The notes under the pieces were generated by a model, which was not told the DNA's origin, ran no database searches, and was given only the letters and a program-made list of their open reading frames with translations. A DNA stretch of 62,998 bases, the filler included, from Octopus bimaculoides (lineage: Eukaryota), in assembly GCF_001194135.2 (NCBI RefSeq). It is 9 parts of 8 records of this genome, joined end to end, with 100 filler letters (N's around TTAATTAATTAA, not from the genome) between each part and the next. Parts side by side here need not be neighbours in the genome. Positions count along the whole stretch, not along the records: positions 23,668 to 30,097 come from NC_068983.1; positions 30,198 to 37,131 come from NC_068999.1; 7 more parts are not named here. One strand, given 5' to 3'. Below are positions 23,956 through 36,616 of the stretch, in pieces. Made by a program: the position numbers and the translations under genes. Every line of letters begins with the position of its first letter. Position 1 is the stretch's first letter.

Positions 23956-24794
23956 TGTGGCTAACATATTTTGCTAGGTTACCATGATTTTAGATAGGAA
24001 AAAAGAAAGTGAGGATGAGATTTAGAAACCTGATATGGCTATAAAAATACTGTGTGGTTGATATCATCCGGACCTTAAGTTTAAGTTTGAAACTGAGAGT
24101 CCTAGACCCTAAAGTAGGTCAAAGTGTATTTCTAGTTGGTTTGAGTTTGTTATTTTTCTTGGATTTAAAAGAATGTACTCATTGAGAAGAATCTTTTGGT
24201 GAAAACCATGTTAAAAAGTATTAGCTAGTCAAAAGAAGTTTGGCTTTAAAAATAGTAAGAAACCTCCCAAATTGACTTTGAATCAAAATGGCTAATATTG
24301 AAGAAAACTATACAACAGTCGTATTCAAATGAAAGAGCTCTGTGAGATGGAAATCTCATCAAAACATTTGCAACAAAAAATGTGGTGTAACTTTAAGTGA
24401 CAAAAAAGCGATCATTTTAACAAATTAAAATATTTGTGTAAATGAATAAGTGGCTATGTTTGTGGCATCATATCTTTGAAACTGAGATGATAATCATTTT
24501 CAAATTACACAAATTAAAAGTGACCACAGTACAGTAATTTCCAATTTCTTATTCAGGTTCTAGAAAACTTTTTTGGGCCATATTTTAAATATTCATGTTA
24601 AGCCTATTTTGTTACATGTAACAAATGGTTGATTTTGCAGTGTTTTGAGACCTAGCTAAATCCGAACCTACAAGCCACAGGAACTTGAGTTTTGGTACAT
24701 TTGTAGTAAGTATGAGGAGAATAAATCTTGAGATTTTGGGACAACACCATTTCAATAAAATTTTAATATCTAATACTATTAAAATGGCAGAATG

Positions 24795-25385
24795 TAGGAT
24801 CAGGATGCCCATGTAAGTTGGATTTTCTCCCTTTTTTCCCTTTTTTTTTACCACAGCCTTGGAAATGATGGGGCAAAGCTTTTTATGACAAAAAATTTTG
24901 GAAGATTTGTGATATTTTCCCACCCCACCTCCTTCGGACTAATTTAGGTCAATTGTGTTCCTACTAGGTACTTAAAAACAATGGGAGAGGCCTTTATGGT
25001 TGGAAAAAAAATTTATAAACATTTTGAAATGAAAAGGCAGCTGCTGTTTCTAGCACATCCCATGATTACCTGGTTACATGCTAGACACAGCAGCTAAATC
25101 TCCCTTAAATCACATACCTTTTCGCTTCAAAATATTTTCATAAATTGTTTTCCTATCATAAAGGCTTCTCCCATTGTTTTCTAAGTGCCTAGTGCAAAAA
25201 AAAAAAAAAAAAATTGGCTTAAATCGGTTCTGGGGAAGGGAGAAGAGTAAAAATAAAAATTGTAAATCTTCAATAATTTTGTTTCATGAAAGATTCCCCT
25301 CTTCTTTTCCAAGGCTGTGGTGAAAAAAAAAATTGGAAAAATCTCTGTCCAAATGGACAAAATCCTACTTATGTGGATGTCCTGA
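24795..25385. repeat. Imperfect long hairpin (arms ~24795-25060 / ~25075-25385), MITE/foldback-like
   Basis: For example accacagccttggaaa versus ttttccaaggctgtggt, and aaacaatgggagaggcctttat versus ataaaggcttctcccattgttt. Confidence 0.85.
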
Positions 25386-26584
25386 GCCAAAACTCAGCCC
25401 TACCAATAATTAAATGAAATTACAGCTATCACAAGCATTTCATGTATATTTAGACATGGTTATATTGCCATCCATTACCTTTTGATACACTGGTAGAGGG
25501 TTTGGAGATTTACAATGAATTTAATAAGTATCCTTGGAGAGATCAGTAGAAGTGATGACACACAGTTTAACTATGCAAAGACCCATTTTTTGGTACATCA
25601 TTTTCATGACAAAATATCTATTTTTCTCGGAAAATTATATATCATTTGAAAGTTCTGGATGGGAACTTTGATCTCATGTAGTTTTAATGAAAATCTGACA
25701 CCTAAGATTCAGAGTCCCTCAAACACCTTGGTATTTCCACCCATTCACAAAGTCTTTTGATTTTTTTCTTCTTTTTCTTTTTGACTGCTGAATGGTAGCC
25801 CTCATTCTAGTTCAATGCACTCAAGTGCTATAACTCAAGTTGTGTTGAAATTCATACACTCATGTAGATAAATGTTTTAGCTTTATTTTGCATAAAACTC
25901 AATGGGGATAGGTCAGATAATGGTTATGAAATATAAAAGTGAAAATTCTATTGTTAATTTTCACTTAGAAAAGAACATAATTTCTTCAATGTTTTTATAC
26001 ATTAAGAAAGAAAAATTTCTTGCTAATTCATCATGGCCATTGCCAAATCTGGCCATGGTATGGCGAAAAAGTGTAAAGTGAAAAAGAGGGTGGTTTATTG
26101 ACACTTTTTGTATGTAATTAACACATATTGATGCTACTTGTCAAACTGATGGATTCCCAAGTGATGAGAGGTCATACAGGAGATGAAGTTTCAAATATCG
26201 ATTTTCATCCAAGATTTCAAGAAGCGGAGAAATTAATTGGTAAGTAAACATATTTCTATGAGAATTTGCAGTAAATTGAGTTGAGTAGGGCTTCTAGAGT
26301 CCAAGGTTAGCATGTAACCATCATACTGATAATGTTTATTCCCTCTCATTGTGTGCTGAGGAATGTATGAATTTTACCTCATGCATATTCTTGTACAAGT
26401 GAATTTTGTTTTTCTTAGAGAAATATTGGTCTATTTTTGTCAATAAAAATGATATTGTGCAATGAATATTATATTGCATGCTATTAAAGTCCGGTGTGAT
26501 GTTTTTAAATTTTTCCCCCGATTTCAAATACAGCCAGATATTTTGATGTAATGTTTTCTTTTCCACAAGTGCTGGCTCATTTTA

Positions 26585-26619
<35 letters not shown>

Positions 26620-26629
26620 NNNNNNNNNN

Positions 26630-26679
<50 letters not shown>

Positions 26680-27004
26680 AGGAGTTTGCTGTAACTTACA
26701 GGTGTAATTTTCAGAGTTCATAAGTTTTTCAATTTATGTCTACATGCAATTTTGAGAAAGTTTCAATAATAATCAGGCATACCTTCACATTCGTGCCCCA
26801 TCAACTTTGTTTCCTCATAACTTCCAGAAAAATTGGCTATTTCTTTGATGGAATTTTCTACAAATATGCTCCACATAGTGTAGATTCTGACTATATCGGA
26901 ATTTATATGCAATAAATTTTCCATGGATGAAGTGAGGAGTTTTGGAAAATTAACATGAGTTAGCTTTGTTTCCTTATAACTTTCAAAAAAATGTATAATT
27001 TTTA

Positions 27005-27275
27005 ATAAAATTTTCTGTAAATACCTCTCAGATGGTGTATATTATGATTATATATGAATTTTAAAAATTGATGGACTCATACACATACATACTGACACAC
27101 ATTCATCACAATTTTTTTTAGAAATTTCAAGTTTCATTTTGTGATGTGTCAGTATGTATGTTTGTGTGAGTCCACCATTCTTTCATTTTTGTTTTCATAT
27201 TAAATACACTAGTAATACACTAGTAATGTACAGCGTCTGAAAGGTATTTATAGAAAATTTCATTAAAAGAATATG
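27005..27275. repeat. Inner hairpin centred near 27120
   Basis: tggactcatacacatacatactgacaca versus tgtgtcagtatgtatgtttgtgtgagtcca; aaaattttctgtaaatacct versus aggtatttatagaaaatttt. Confidence 0.8.
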
Positions 27276-27310
27276 AATCAGCACTTACTTGTAAAAATGT
27301 AAACATTACA

Positions 27311-28240
27311 AGATAGAGACGACTGCGCTGGTATGGACATGTGGCAAGAATGGATGAGGATAGCTGTGTGAAAAAGTGCCACACCCTAGTAGTTGAGGGA
27401 ACCTGTGGAAGAGGTAGATCCAAGAAGACCTGAGACGAGGTGGTGAAGCACGACCTTCGAACTTGAGGCCTCACCAATGCAATGACTAGTGACTGGGACC
27501 TTTAGAAATATGCAGTACATGAGAAGACCCGGCAAGCCAAGTGAGAGCATAGGCTGTGACCTCTGCCAGAGGTGTGGCCATCTAACTTATTCATATCTTT
27601 ACTTCATTGGACACTAAACTCTGCTTGCGAAGACCTGTTGAGGCAAGTGAATTTGAAATCTGAAATTGAAATCGAACCAAATCCGCCGACTGGCACCCAT
27701 GCCAACTTCTCCTTCATTGGACACTAAACTCTGCTTGTGAAGATCTGTTGAGGCAAGTGAAATCGAAATTGAAATTGAACCATATTCGATGACTGGCACC
27801 TGCACCAGTGGAGCACTAACAGCACTGTCAGAGCGTGTTCATTGCCAGAGCAGCTGTCTGGCTTCCATGCTAGTGGCCTATAAATAGCACCATTTGAGTG
27901 TAATCGTTACCAGCATCACCTTCTAGCACTTGTGCCAGTGGCACGTTAGAAAATCATTCAAGTGAGGTCGTTGCCAGTGCCTCTGGACTGGCTCCTATGC
28001 AGGTGGCACGTAAAAAACACCTTTTGAGCGAGGCTGTTGCCCGTACTGTGTGACTGGCCCTCATGCTGGTGGCATGTAAAAGCACCCACTACAGTGGTTG
28101 GCGCTATGAAGGGCATCCAGCTGTAGAAACGCTGCCAGCTCAGATTGGAGCCAGGTGCAGCCTTCTGGCTTGCCAGTCCTCAGTCAAATCGTCTGACCCA
28201 TGCTAGCATGGAAAGCGGACGTTAAACGATGATGATGATC
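27311..28240 (+). mobile_element. RTE LINE 3' end (ORF2 C-terminus, 3' UTR and (GAT)n tail)
   Basis: RRLRWYGHVARMDEDSCVKKC...GRGR.KKT..EVVKHDL; repetitive UTR; terminus GGACGTTAAACGATGATGAT. Confidence 0.9.
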
Positions 28241-29661
28241 ATCATCATATCGGACTTTAATAGCCTACAGAATAATCATTGCACAATATAATTTTTATTG
28301 ATGAAAATAGACCAATATTTCTCTTAGAAAAACAACATTCTTGTGCAATTGTACAATATTCATGTACAAATATACAAGAATATGCACAGCACACAAGAAG
28401 GAATAAACCTTATTCACCAATACAGCAATAACATACCAATCTTGGACTCTAGAAACCCTATTTAACTCAATTTACTGCAAATTCTCATAGAAATATGTTT
28501 ACTTACCAATTAATTTCTCCACTTCTTGAAATCCTGGATTAAGATCAATATTTGAAGCCTTAAATTCATCTTCCGTATGATCTTTCACCATGTGGGAATT
28601 TGTCAGTTTGACAAGTAGCATCAATATGTGTTAATTATATACAAAAAGTGTCAATATACCCACCTCGTTTTTCACTTTGCACTTTTTCGCCATACCATGG
28701 CCAGATTTGGCAATGATGATGATGAATTAGCAAGAAATTTTTCTTATGGTATAAAAATCTCGAAGAAATTATGTTCTTTTCTAAGTGAAAATTAACAATA
28801 AAATTTTCACTTTTATATTTTGTAATGATTATCTGACCAACCCAGATTTGTCTACATGAGTGTATGAATTTCAACACAACTTTAGTTATAGCACTTGAGT
28901 GCATTGAACTAGAATGAGAGCTACGACTCAGCAGTCAAAAAAACAAAAAAATGGAACAAACTTACTTTAAATGTGTGAAAATACCAGGATGTTTGAGGGA
29001 CCCTAGCATCATTTGTAACTGTCGGATTTTAATTAAAAATATTTAAGAAAGTTCACATCCAAAGCTTTCAAATGATATATAATTTTCCATGGAAAAAATA
29101 TATTTTGACATGACAATGATAAAACAAAAAATGTGCTTCTTTGTGTTCAAACTGTGCTTGTTTCTATTGCAGGGTGCTCTGTAGTGATACCTACATAAGC
29201 CACTTAGCTTAAGAGTACAGTGTGTTTAACTGGAGTTTGGGAGGTATGGGTTCAATCCTCTACAGTGGTGTGTTAGCAATTTTTTTCTCATTAGGGTATT
29301 GTGAAAAAGTAAAGACTATTTGCCAACATAATTACTGGTGTTTAGCCCCAGGAAACATCGTTTCCAGCTGATTATATGACACAATATCTGTGTCCTTATA
29401 TTTTCGAATGGGGAGTCCAGCACCCCCATCCAGCACAAAGCAACATCTGTGGACTGGTTTCTGGGTTATTGCTCTTTATCAACACAGAGTAGCTACTTGG
29501 CTAACTTCAGCAGCAATACTTTAAGTTTTTTTCTTCATTTCCTATACTTTACCAGGTTTAATTACAGCTTGTTCTATGCTTTCCCAGATTCAGTACTCTA
29601 GAATATTCTAGGAGTCTGTGCTGATATTTTTCATTCTAGTATATATATATATATATCTTTA

Positions 29662-29808
29662 AGACTCTCCAAACTATCTGCTAACAATAGGGTATTTAAT
29701 AATGAAGCTAATTTCTATAATGCAGCACTAAATAAGGCAGGATATAAAGAAAGGGTCTCCTATATTGAAAATTGTAGCAAAGGAATTGAAACAACTGACA
29801 ACAACAAC

Positions 29809-29845
<37 letters not shown>

Positions 29846-30097
29846 GGAATAAACACAAAGTAAATAAACTAAATAAACCAAAGTACCCTCAAAAACAACA
29901 TAGGTAACTTAAAATTCTTTAAAAACAATATTAATAACCATGAGGATAATAATAAGGATAATAAAATCTGGCTCATAATCCCATTTGGGAGAAATATCAG
30001 GAGTAATCTAATAGCTAAGTTTAGAGAAGTGATAGGTAGACACTTCCCAAGGAGCTCACACTATGGTAAGATTATCAACACACATATAATCAGATTT
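29662..30097 (+). pseudogene. Penelope-like element ORF fragment (region between RT and GIY-YIG)
   Basis: RLSKLSANNRVFNNEANFYNAALNKAGYK and IWLIIPFGRNIRSNLIAKFREVIGRHFP..SHYGKIIN match the PLE pattern RLS.LS...F......Y..AL..SGY / IWFNPP.......N....F...I..HFP; (AAT)n insertion inside. Confidence 0.75.
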
Positions 30098-30821
30098 NNN
30101 NNNNNNNNNNNNNNNNNNNNNNNNNNNNNNNNNNNNNNNNNTTAATTAATTAANNNNNNNNNNNNNNNNNNNNNNNNNNNNNNNNNNNNNNNNNNNNACT
30201 ATTAAAAGTGAGCTAAGAACAGGAAAGATGAACGACTAAGTTGGCACCGGTGGGAACTGAAATCAAAACATTAAGATCCGAAATATCATTAAGAATTTTA
30301 CCATTCGTTCTAGCAATTCTACCGTTCCGCCAACAAAACCATATTTCACAGAAGTAACAGGCTCTACGAAATGGTTGAGGTTACAACGAGAGGTTTTTAG
30401 ACTCTTTTTTTTTTTTTTTTTGTGCATTTAAAAAAACCTGCCAACAGATCGTTAAACAATAGATCACTGATTGGATGGAGATAGTGTCAAGGGGTAACGT
30501 CGCAGTGGTCATCGACTCAGTCTTCATCAGTGGTGATGGCCACGATAAGACACGCCGCTACACATCATAACATAGCATTGCATTTTCATAATACATAATA
30601 AAAAACCAATTGGGGGCTGCACATGGAGACAATATGGTCGATGGTTTCAGTCTGTTGTTTACATACACGACATGTTGGGATACTGCCATTTCTTTAAGAT
30701 GTTGGTTTAGTAGTTTCATGTAGGCAGGCATTGACCCTGGACTGCTATGATAAACCCTTCTGTCTCTGATTTTTAGCCAGAAGACACTAGCCATTGATAA
30801 GAAAAGGCTTTGTCAACGTCA

Positions 30822-30881
<60 letters not shown>

Positions 30882-31470
30882 AATAAAATAAAAAGAGATC
30901 ATTATTGGTTCTACTAACAATGCTCTCTTTTATTCAATGAGAGTAGGAGTTTAGAAAAAAATAAGCGTATTTTCTCAATAGTATAGTGTATTTTCTGATA
31001 CGGCCACCGGTTGATATGTTAAGCAGACGACCAACGTTGTATCATCATCGCCATCTTGTAACGAATCGTCACAGAATAACCTCAGTTTAGTATTTTCTAT
31101 CCGTAGTAGTGAAATAGTACATGGCGTCCAATTTATAATGTCTTGAGATCAAATTCATGGTAGCTGTTTCTTTGTCTTTCTGTCTCTCTGAGAAATATAC
31201 TGATGATTACAGAAGGGTTTCGGCTATTGCGATGGATTCAGACGAAGAGATTGCAATAACTCCGAGTAGTTCCTACAGTTTCTGCGTGGAGCAAAGCATT
31301 GGAAGCATTTTATTCTGTCCATAGGCAATAATAGTTATTAGATTTAGGAAAAGAGAAAAACAATAATAATGTCGATAAGCTGTAATAAAATAGTTAAACT
31401 CTTTCATCATCCACTTTCTGGGCTTACCTTCTCCCCACCAAATTTCAGGCCTTGTACCTATAATAGAAAC

Positions 31471-31510
<40 letters not shown>

Positions 31511-31547
31511 GTTGCTGTTGTTGTTGTTGTTGTTGTTGTTATTATAA

Positions 31548-31765
31548 GGCGGGGAGCAGGCAGAATCGTTAGCACGCTAGGTAAAATGTTGAACGGCATT
31601 TCGTCCGTCTTTACGTTCTGAGTTCAAATTCTGCTGAGGTCGACTTTGCCTTTCATCCTTTCGGGGTCAATAAATTAAGTGCCAGTGAAACACTGGGGTC
31701 GAGTAATCGACTAGTCCCCTCCACCAAATTCCAGGCCTTGTGCCTATAGTAGAAAGAATTATTAC
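31548..31765 (+). mobile_element. SINE family A
   Basis: Complete head, central domain and tail. Confidence 0.9.
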
Positions 31766-31769
31766 CATT

Positions 31770-32062
31770 TTCGTTTGGCTCGGGTTCGGTCTTATTCCTG
31801 GTAGGAAATATGTGGATAGAGGATTACTACCTGTAACCTTAGGTATACACAAGTTTTCAGCAGTCATTCAAGTGCTTAGAATGCTCCTGATAATCCTTGC
31901 TGTCTCTAAACGACAAACTTTCTGTAGGAGCTCTACCAGTCATTCTATTTTAATCTCCTTCAGCCATTTATCTATATCTTTGCTTACTGTTCCTAACGCA
32001 CCAATTATTATAGGCATGACCTTTACAGTTTGCATGCTCTAAATTCTTCCTATTTCAAACTT
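31770..32062 (-). pseudogene. R4/Dong-type 3' fragment
   Basis: Minus strand encodes VKVMPIIIGALGTVSKDIDKWL...LLQKVCRLETARIIRSILST*; (TAA)n lies upstream on the same strand. Confidence 0.85.
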
Positions 32063-32093
32063 TAAGGGATTGTATTATTATTATTATCATTAC

Positions 32094-32165
<72 letters not shown>

Positions 32166-32181
32166 CATTATTATTATTATT

Positions 32182-32725
32182 GAGTGAGAAAGCAGTGCAT
32201 GTTATCAAAGTGACACTGGGGTAACAAATACGAAACCCAGTATACCCGTCATGACGACCCGACTGATAAGGGTACACCAGGCTCATGTATCACAACCATA
32301 TGTGTGCGCGACATAGTGAACTCATATCAAGATAAACAGGCGCATGACCTTGCAGGTGAGACTCGGTTAAAATTTCCTTCAGGTCGAGTAGCCCATCCCG
32401 CTCAAAAGTTCACTGAATAAGGGTTGTTTAAGGATGTTGAACGAAACACTCATTTTTCCAGAAGTGAATTATTCAAATCCCAAAGAATTCCTCTCAACAC
32501 ATGGCTATGATGCTCCCCCACTACTTCTGCTTGTGATCAGAGATGCACATATCATCAGCCACAAAGGGATATGCTCAATTGTTTGAGGTCAAACAACTGA
32601 CAAGCAAATCTGTGGTATTGAGCAGAATATTTGCTGTAGCCCATCCTTTTATACCAAGACAAAACAATGTACATGATAACACTTCCAATCAGTTAAGATC
32701 AGAAGCCATGAGAGCTAGTGCCTGA
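32182..32725 (-). mobile_element. Second copy of the ~530-bp (AAT)n-tailed repeat
   Basis: Reverse complement of 2050-2572. Confidence 0.85.
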
Positions 32726-32743
32726 TATTGCATCAGCGTGTTT

Positions 32744-32808
<65 letters not shown>

Positions 32809-33499
32809 TTCTTTTATTGGCCACAAAGGCCCAAGACATGCAGGACAATATCGAAGACGAGTTACAGCGCAAAACAAAAAAACACAACATAAAGTATATA
32901 ACAGAGGGTATATAATAATAGAAAGTAGAGAAATAAATAATAAATAAATAGAATCCTCAATAGCGGGGCAGTCGAGTTATGATAATCTGGGGTAAACCCC
33001 ACGCAAAAGTACCGGATTACTCTGCCAAAGTGCCCTCTTCCAGCTGGCCACAAAGGCCGCAAAAACATGTTGGAAACAACAAAGGCAAAGGATAGTGGGA
33101 ATTTACATAGAAACATGTAAACAAAAAACAACAATTTGCAAAAGGATCTTCGCAAACGAAATCCCCAAAAGCAGGGAAATGCCACCCTGGGGCAACCAAG
33201 GTACACCACAGATCTGGAGCCACCCTACTCACCGGAGTATCATGAGTCCTTAGCCTACAGATGCCAGCTTAGAGTAGCCCTTATCCGCTTAATGTCTTTT
33301 ATTCGTTACAAAGGCTAATAATAAATTATACAAAGACTGACTTTTCTTATAGACTAGAGTTTGTTTGAGTAATTTAATGTTTAACCGAGTTACGTGCAGG
33401 TTAAATCGTTTAATGTCAGGTGCAGTATAAGATATATTAAAAAAAAAAGAAACTGACTGATAAAAGAACCAGGTAAATAATCATACAAAGGATTTCCGT

Positions 33500-33659
33500 T
33501 TTTCCGTTTAATTCCACTTCCGCCAACAATTATTTGACCATTCCATCGAAGGAAAAACGCCAACATTTTTCTCATAATCATCGGTAAACATACTGATTGA
33601 CTCCTACAAACTCTTTTGGATTTCATTATAACTGTTGCCGATACAGACCCTCACTCTCA

Positions 33660-33694
<35 letters not shown>

Positions 33695-33865
33695 CCGCCT
33701 ATTTCCTCCATTTCCGGATCTTTGTGTGATTTCCTGACATGGCGAACACAGCAGCACTGAACGTCTCCGTCTTCGGTTGACATTCCATGCTCCAACTACA
33801 ATCGCCTGTGTACCGGAAGTGCTCGTTTCTGAAGTCATAGGGGGTGTCCACCGACGTCAGTTTTC
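33500..33865. promoter_or_regulatory. Candidate CpG-containing promoter region
   Basis: ETS-type CCGGAAGT (33813-33820), TTTCCGG (33711-33717), ACTTCCGCC (33516-33524), CRE-like GACGTCA (33853-33859), gacATGGCG at 33739. Confidence 0.35.
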
Positions 33866-33874
33866 CTTTTCATA

Positions 33875-34100
33875 TACGAGGGGGTGCTGAAAAATTCTTG
33901 ACTTTGGGTAAAAAAAAAAAATGCAGGAGGATCAGTGAATTATGATTGTTTTCAACATATTTCCCTCCTCATATTCACACGCTTATTACAGCGGTCCTTC
34001 AATTTTTCTAAGCCCTAAAACCGAACTCGGAATGCTGGACTTCCAACTAGACCTTTCGCGACACCCTTAAAGTCAGGAGCTTTTCGGCATCCCCTCACCT
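33875..34100 (-). mobile_element. Tc1/mariner-derived MITE (same family as 9372-9583)
   Basis: TACGAGGGGGTGCTGAAAA TIR; the body is the reverse complement of the 9372 copy. Confidence 0.82.
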
Positions 34101-35258
34101 ATATAAGCATGTATATATACATATATATGTAAGTATGTACATATATGTATGTATATATGCTTATATATACTATTTATATTATTATATGATCGAACACCAC
34201 GCATCCATTTCCAAGTATTTATATATATATATATATAAGTGAGAAAGTGTGGTCGGGGATTACACGTGGCTGAATATAGAAAGAAAGGAATAAGATGAAA
34301 AAGCACAGAAAATTTGTTATACGACACTNNNNNNNNNNNNNNNNNNNNNNNNNNNNNNNNNNNNNNNNNNNNNNNNNNNNNNNNNNNNNNNNNNNNNNNN
34401 NNNNNNNNNNNNNNNNNNNNNNNNNNNNNNNNNNNNNNNNNNNNNNNNNNNNNNNNNNNNNNNNNNNNNNNNNNNNNNNNNNNNNNNNNNNNNNNNNNNN
34501 NNNNNNNNNNNNNNNNNNNNNNNNNNNNNNNNNNNNNNNNNNNNNNNNNNNNNNNNNNNNNNNNNNNNNNNNNNNNNNNNNNNNNNNNNNNNNNNNNNNN
34601 NNNNNNNNNNNNNNNNNNNNNNNNNNNNNNNNNNNNNNNNNNNNNNNNNNNNNNNNNNNNNNNNNNNNNNNNNNNNNNNNNNNNNNNNNNNNNNNNNNNN
34701 NNNNNNNNNNNNNNNNNNNNNNNNNNNNNNNNNNNNNNNNNNNNNNNNNNNNNNNNNNNNNNNNNNNNNNNNNNNNNNNNNNNNNNNNNNNNNNNNNNNN
34801 NNNNNNNNNNNNNNNNNNNNNNNNNNNNNNNNNNNNNNNNNNNNNNNNNNNNNNNNNNNNNNNNNNNNNNNNNNNNNNNNNNNNNNNNNNNNNNNNNNNN
34901 NNNNNNNNNNNNNNNNNNNNNNNNNNNNNNNNNNNNNNNNNNNNNNNNNNNNNNNNNNNNNNNNNNNNNNNNNNNNNNNNNNNNNNNNNNNNNNNNNNNN
35001 NNNNNNNNNNNNNNNNNNNNNNNNNNNNNNNNNNNNNNNNNNNNNNNNNNNNNNNNNNNNNNNNNNNNNNNNNNNNNNNNNNNNNNNNNNNNNNNNNNNN
35101 NNNNNNNNNNNNNNNNNNNNNNNNNNNNNNNNNNNNNNNNNNNNNNNNNNNTTTATATGTAAGAAACTTCATTCCAAAAGATTTTTTTTTTAAATAGTTA
35201 ACATTTTAGAAAACCTTTTCTTCAATTATTGTGACTGATTAATTATCTTTTGAGAAAA

Positions 35259-35301
<43 letters not shown>

Positions 35302-36284
35302 CTCAGAAACGTACAAAAGCAGAAGACAGAGACAGGTGAGGGAACAACAAACAAGGTGTATTAGTTTGAAACTCAGGAAAAATGGGAGAAGTGTTCGACG
35401 TTTCGAACCTACGCTCTTTTACAAAAAAAAAATGAGGAAAGAAAACAAAGACGAAAAGAAAAAATGGAGGAAGAAAACGCGTGTCTGGATTAACAGCTTC
35501 ACATGTTGAATTGTACATATGTACATTGTATGTATGTATGTATGTATGTATGTATGTATGTATGTATGTATGTATGTATGAGTCTGAAAAAATATGAAAC
35601 AAGAAGTTGACGGCAGCACTTGAACCTGGCATCCTTAAGTACCAGTTTTATCCTCGTACACTTGAACATCAACGAATAGGAAACAAAAACATATAATCAC
35701 TGTTACAAAATTAGTAAATCTGGATGTTAGAAGAATTTCCGATTAAACTAACCGAATTTATTCGCAAGTAAAAAGAAAAACAGTCAAGAGTGTAAGAAAT
35801 AAGAACAAATTGGTAATTAGATATGTGTAGAAGCAATTTGTACGTTGGACTTGATGTTACTGGTTAAATACTAAGTTAGAGGTTAAAAAAAAAAACCAGA
35901 TTTCGAGGAAGCTTGTGATTGTCTGCACCAACAAACGGTTTAAATAATAATGTCTACGCTGTTTGTTAACAGAAAAGCAGTCGAGTTTTAGTAGAATGAC
36001 ACTGACCATCATTCATTTTTAATTGTAAAACAAATATTCAATATTTTCCAAGCAGACGATAATATTTTTTCTGGCTAAACGCCATTTTATTTGGAGGAGT
36101 TAATAAAGTCGCACACAACTGTAAGTTTGGAGCCAATAAAATAAATACTAGCTTTTTAAAATAGTTGTCTATGCAGCACATCTGATATACACATGCTGTC
36201 GACAGGCTAGTTACTGGAGTATTTGCCCTGAGATAACATCTCAAACGGAGATAGGTATTATATAAATAATATATATGTATTAGA

Positions 36285-36616
36285 AGGGTAAAAGCCCCCT
36301 TCGTTCACGAATGACCATGGGATTGCACCTACAAAGTTAGCCTCGGAAGCACAAGTCTGGGTAGGGTTGTTTTGTGGAAGACCAGCAGTCACCCATGCAT
36401 ACCAACTTCCTCTTTTCACGCCTCCGATGTTATCCAAGGGAAACGCAAATACCACTACAGCTTAGCACCAGCGACGTTGCAACTCATTTCTACAACTCAG
36501 TGAATTGGGGCCACATGAAATAGAGTATCTAGCTCAAGAACACAACACACAGTCTGATCCGGGAATCGAACTCACTACCTCATGATTGTAAGCCTGACGC
36601 TCTAAGCACTGAGCCA
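36285..36616 (-). mobile_element. tRNA-derived CORE-type SINE family C
   Basis: Minus strand TGGCTCAGTGCTTAGAGCG (A-box) ... GAGTTCGATTCCCGG (B-box) then GTGTTGTGTTCTTGAGC (CORE-like). Confidence 0.82.

Larger units (their letters stand above)
25560..29156. repeat. ~0.9-kb inverted repeat pair (25560-26501 / 28243-29156) enclosing a hairpin and an RTE insertion
   Basis: For example gccaaatctggccatggtatggcgaaaaagtg versus cactttttcgccataccatggccagatttggc; alignable over the full arm length. Confidence 0.9.

Noticed and set aside
29195-29262. tRNA-like sequence with GGTTCAATCC B-box
   Set aside because: No cloverleaf; at most a decayed SINE head. No true tRNA or rRNA gene was seen in the window.
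30500-30535. Minus-strand CUGAUGAAGAC-UGA-GUC motif
   Set aside because: GAAA is replaced by GAUG and there is no stem I or III pairing.
30558-31320. Minus-strand protein-like stretches around an (ATT)n run
   Set aside because: In-frame stops and no family motif; unsupported without a search.
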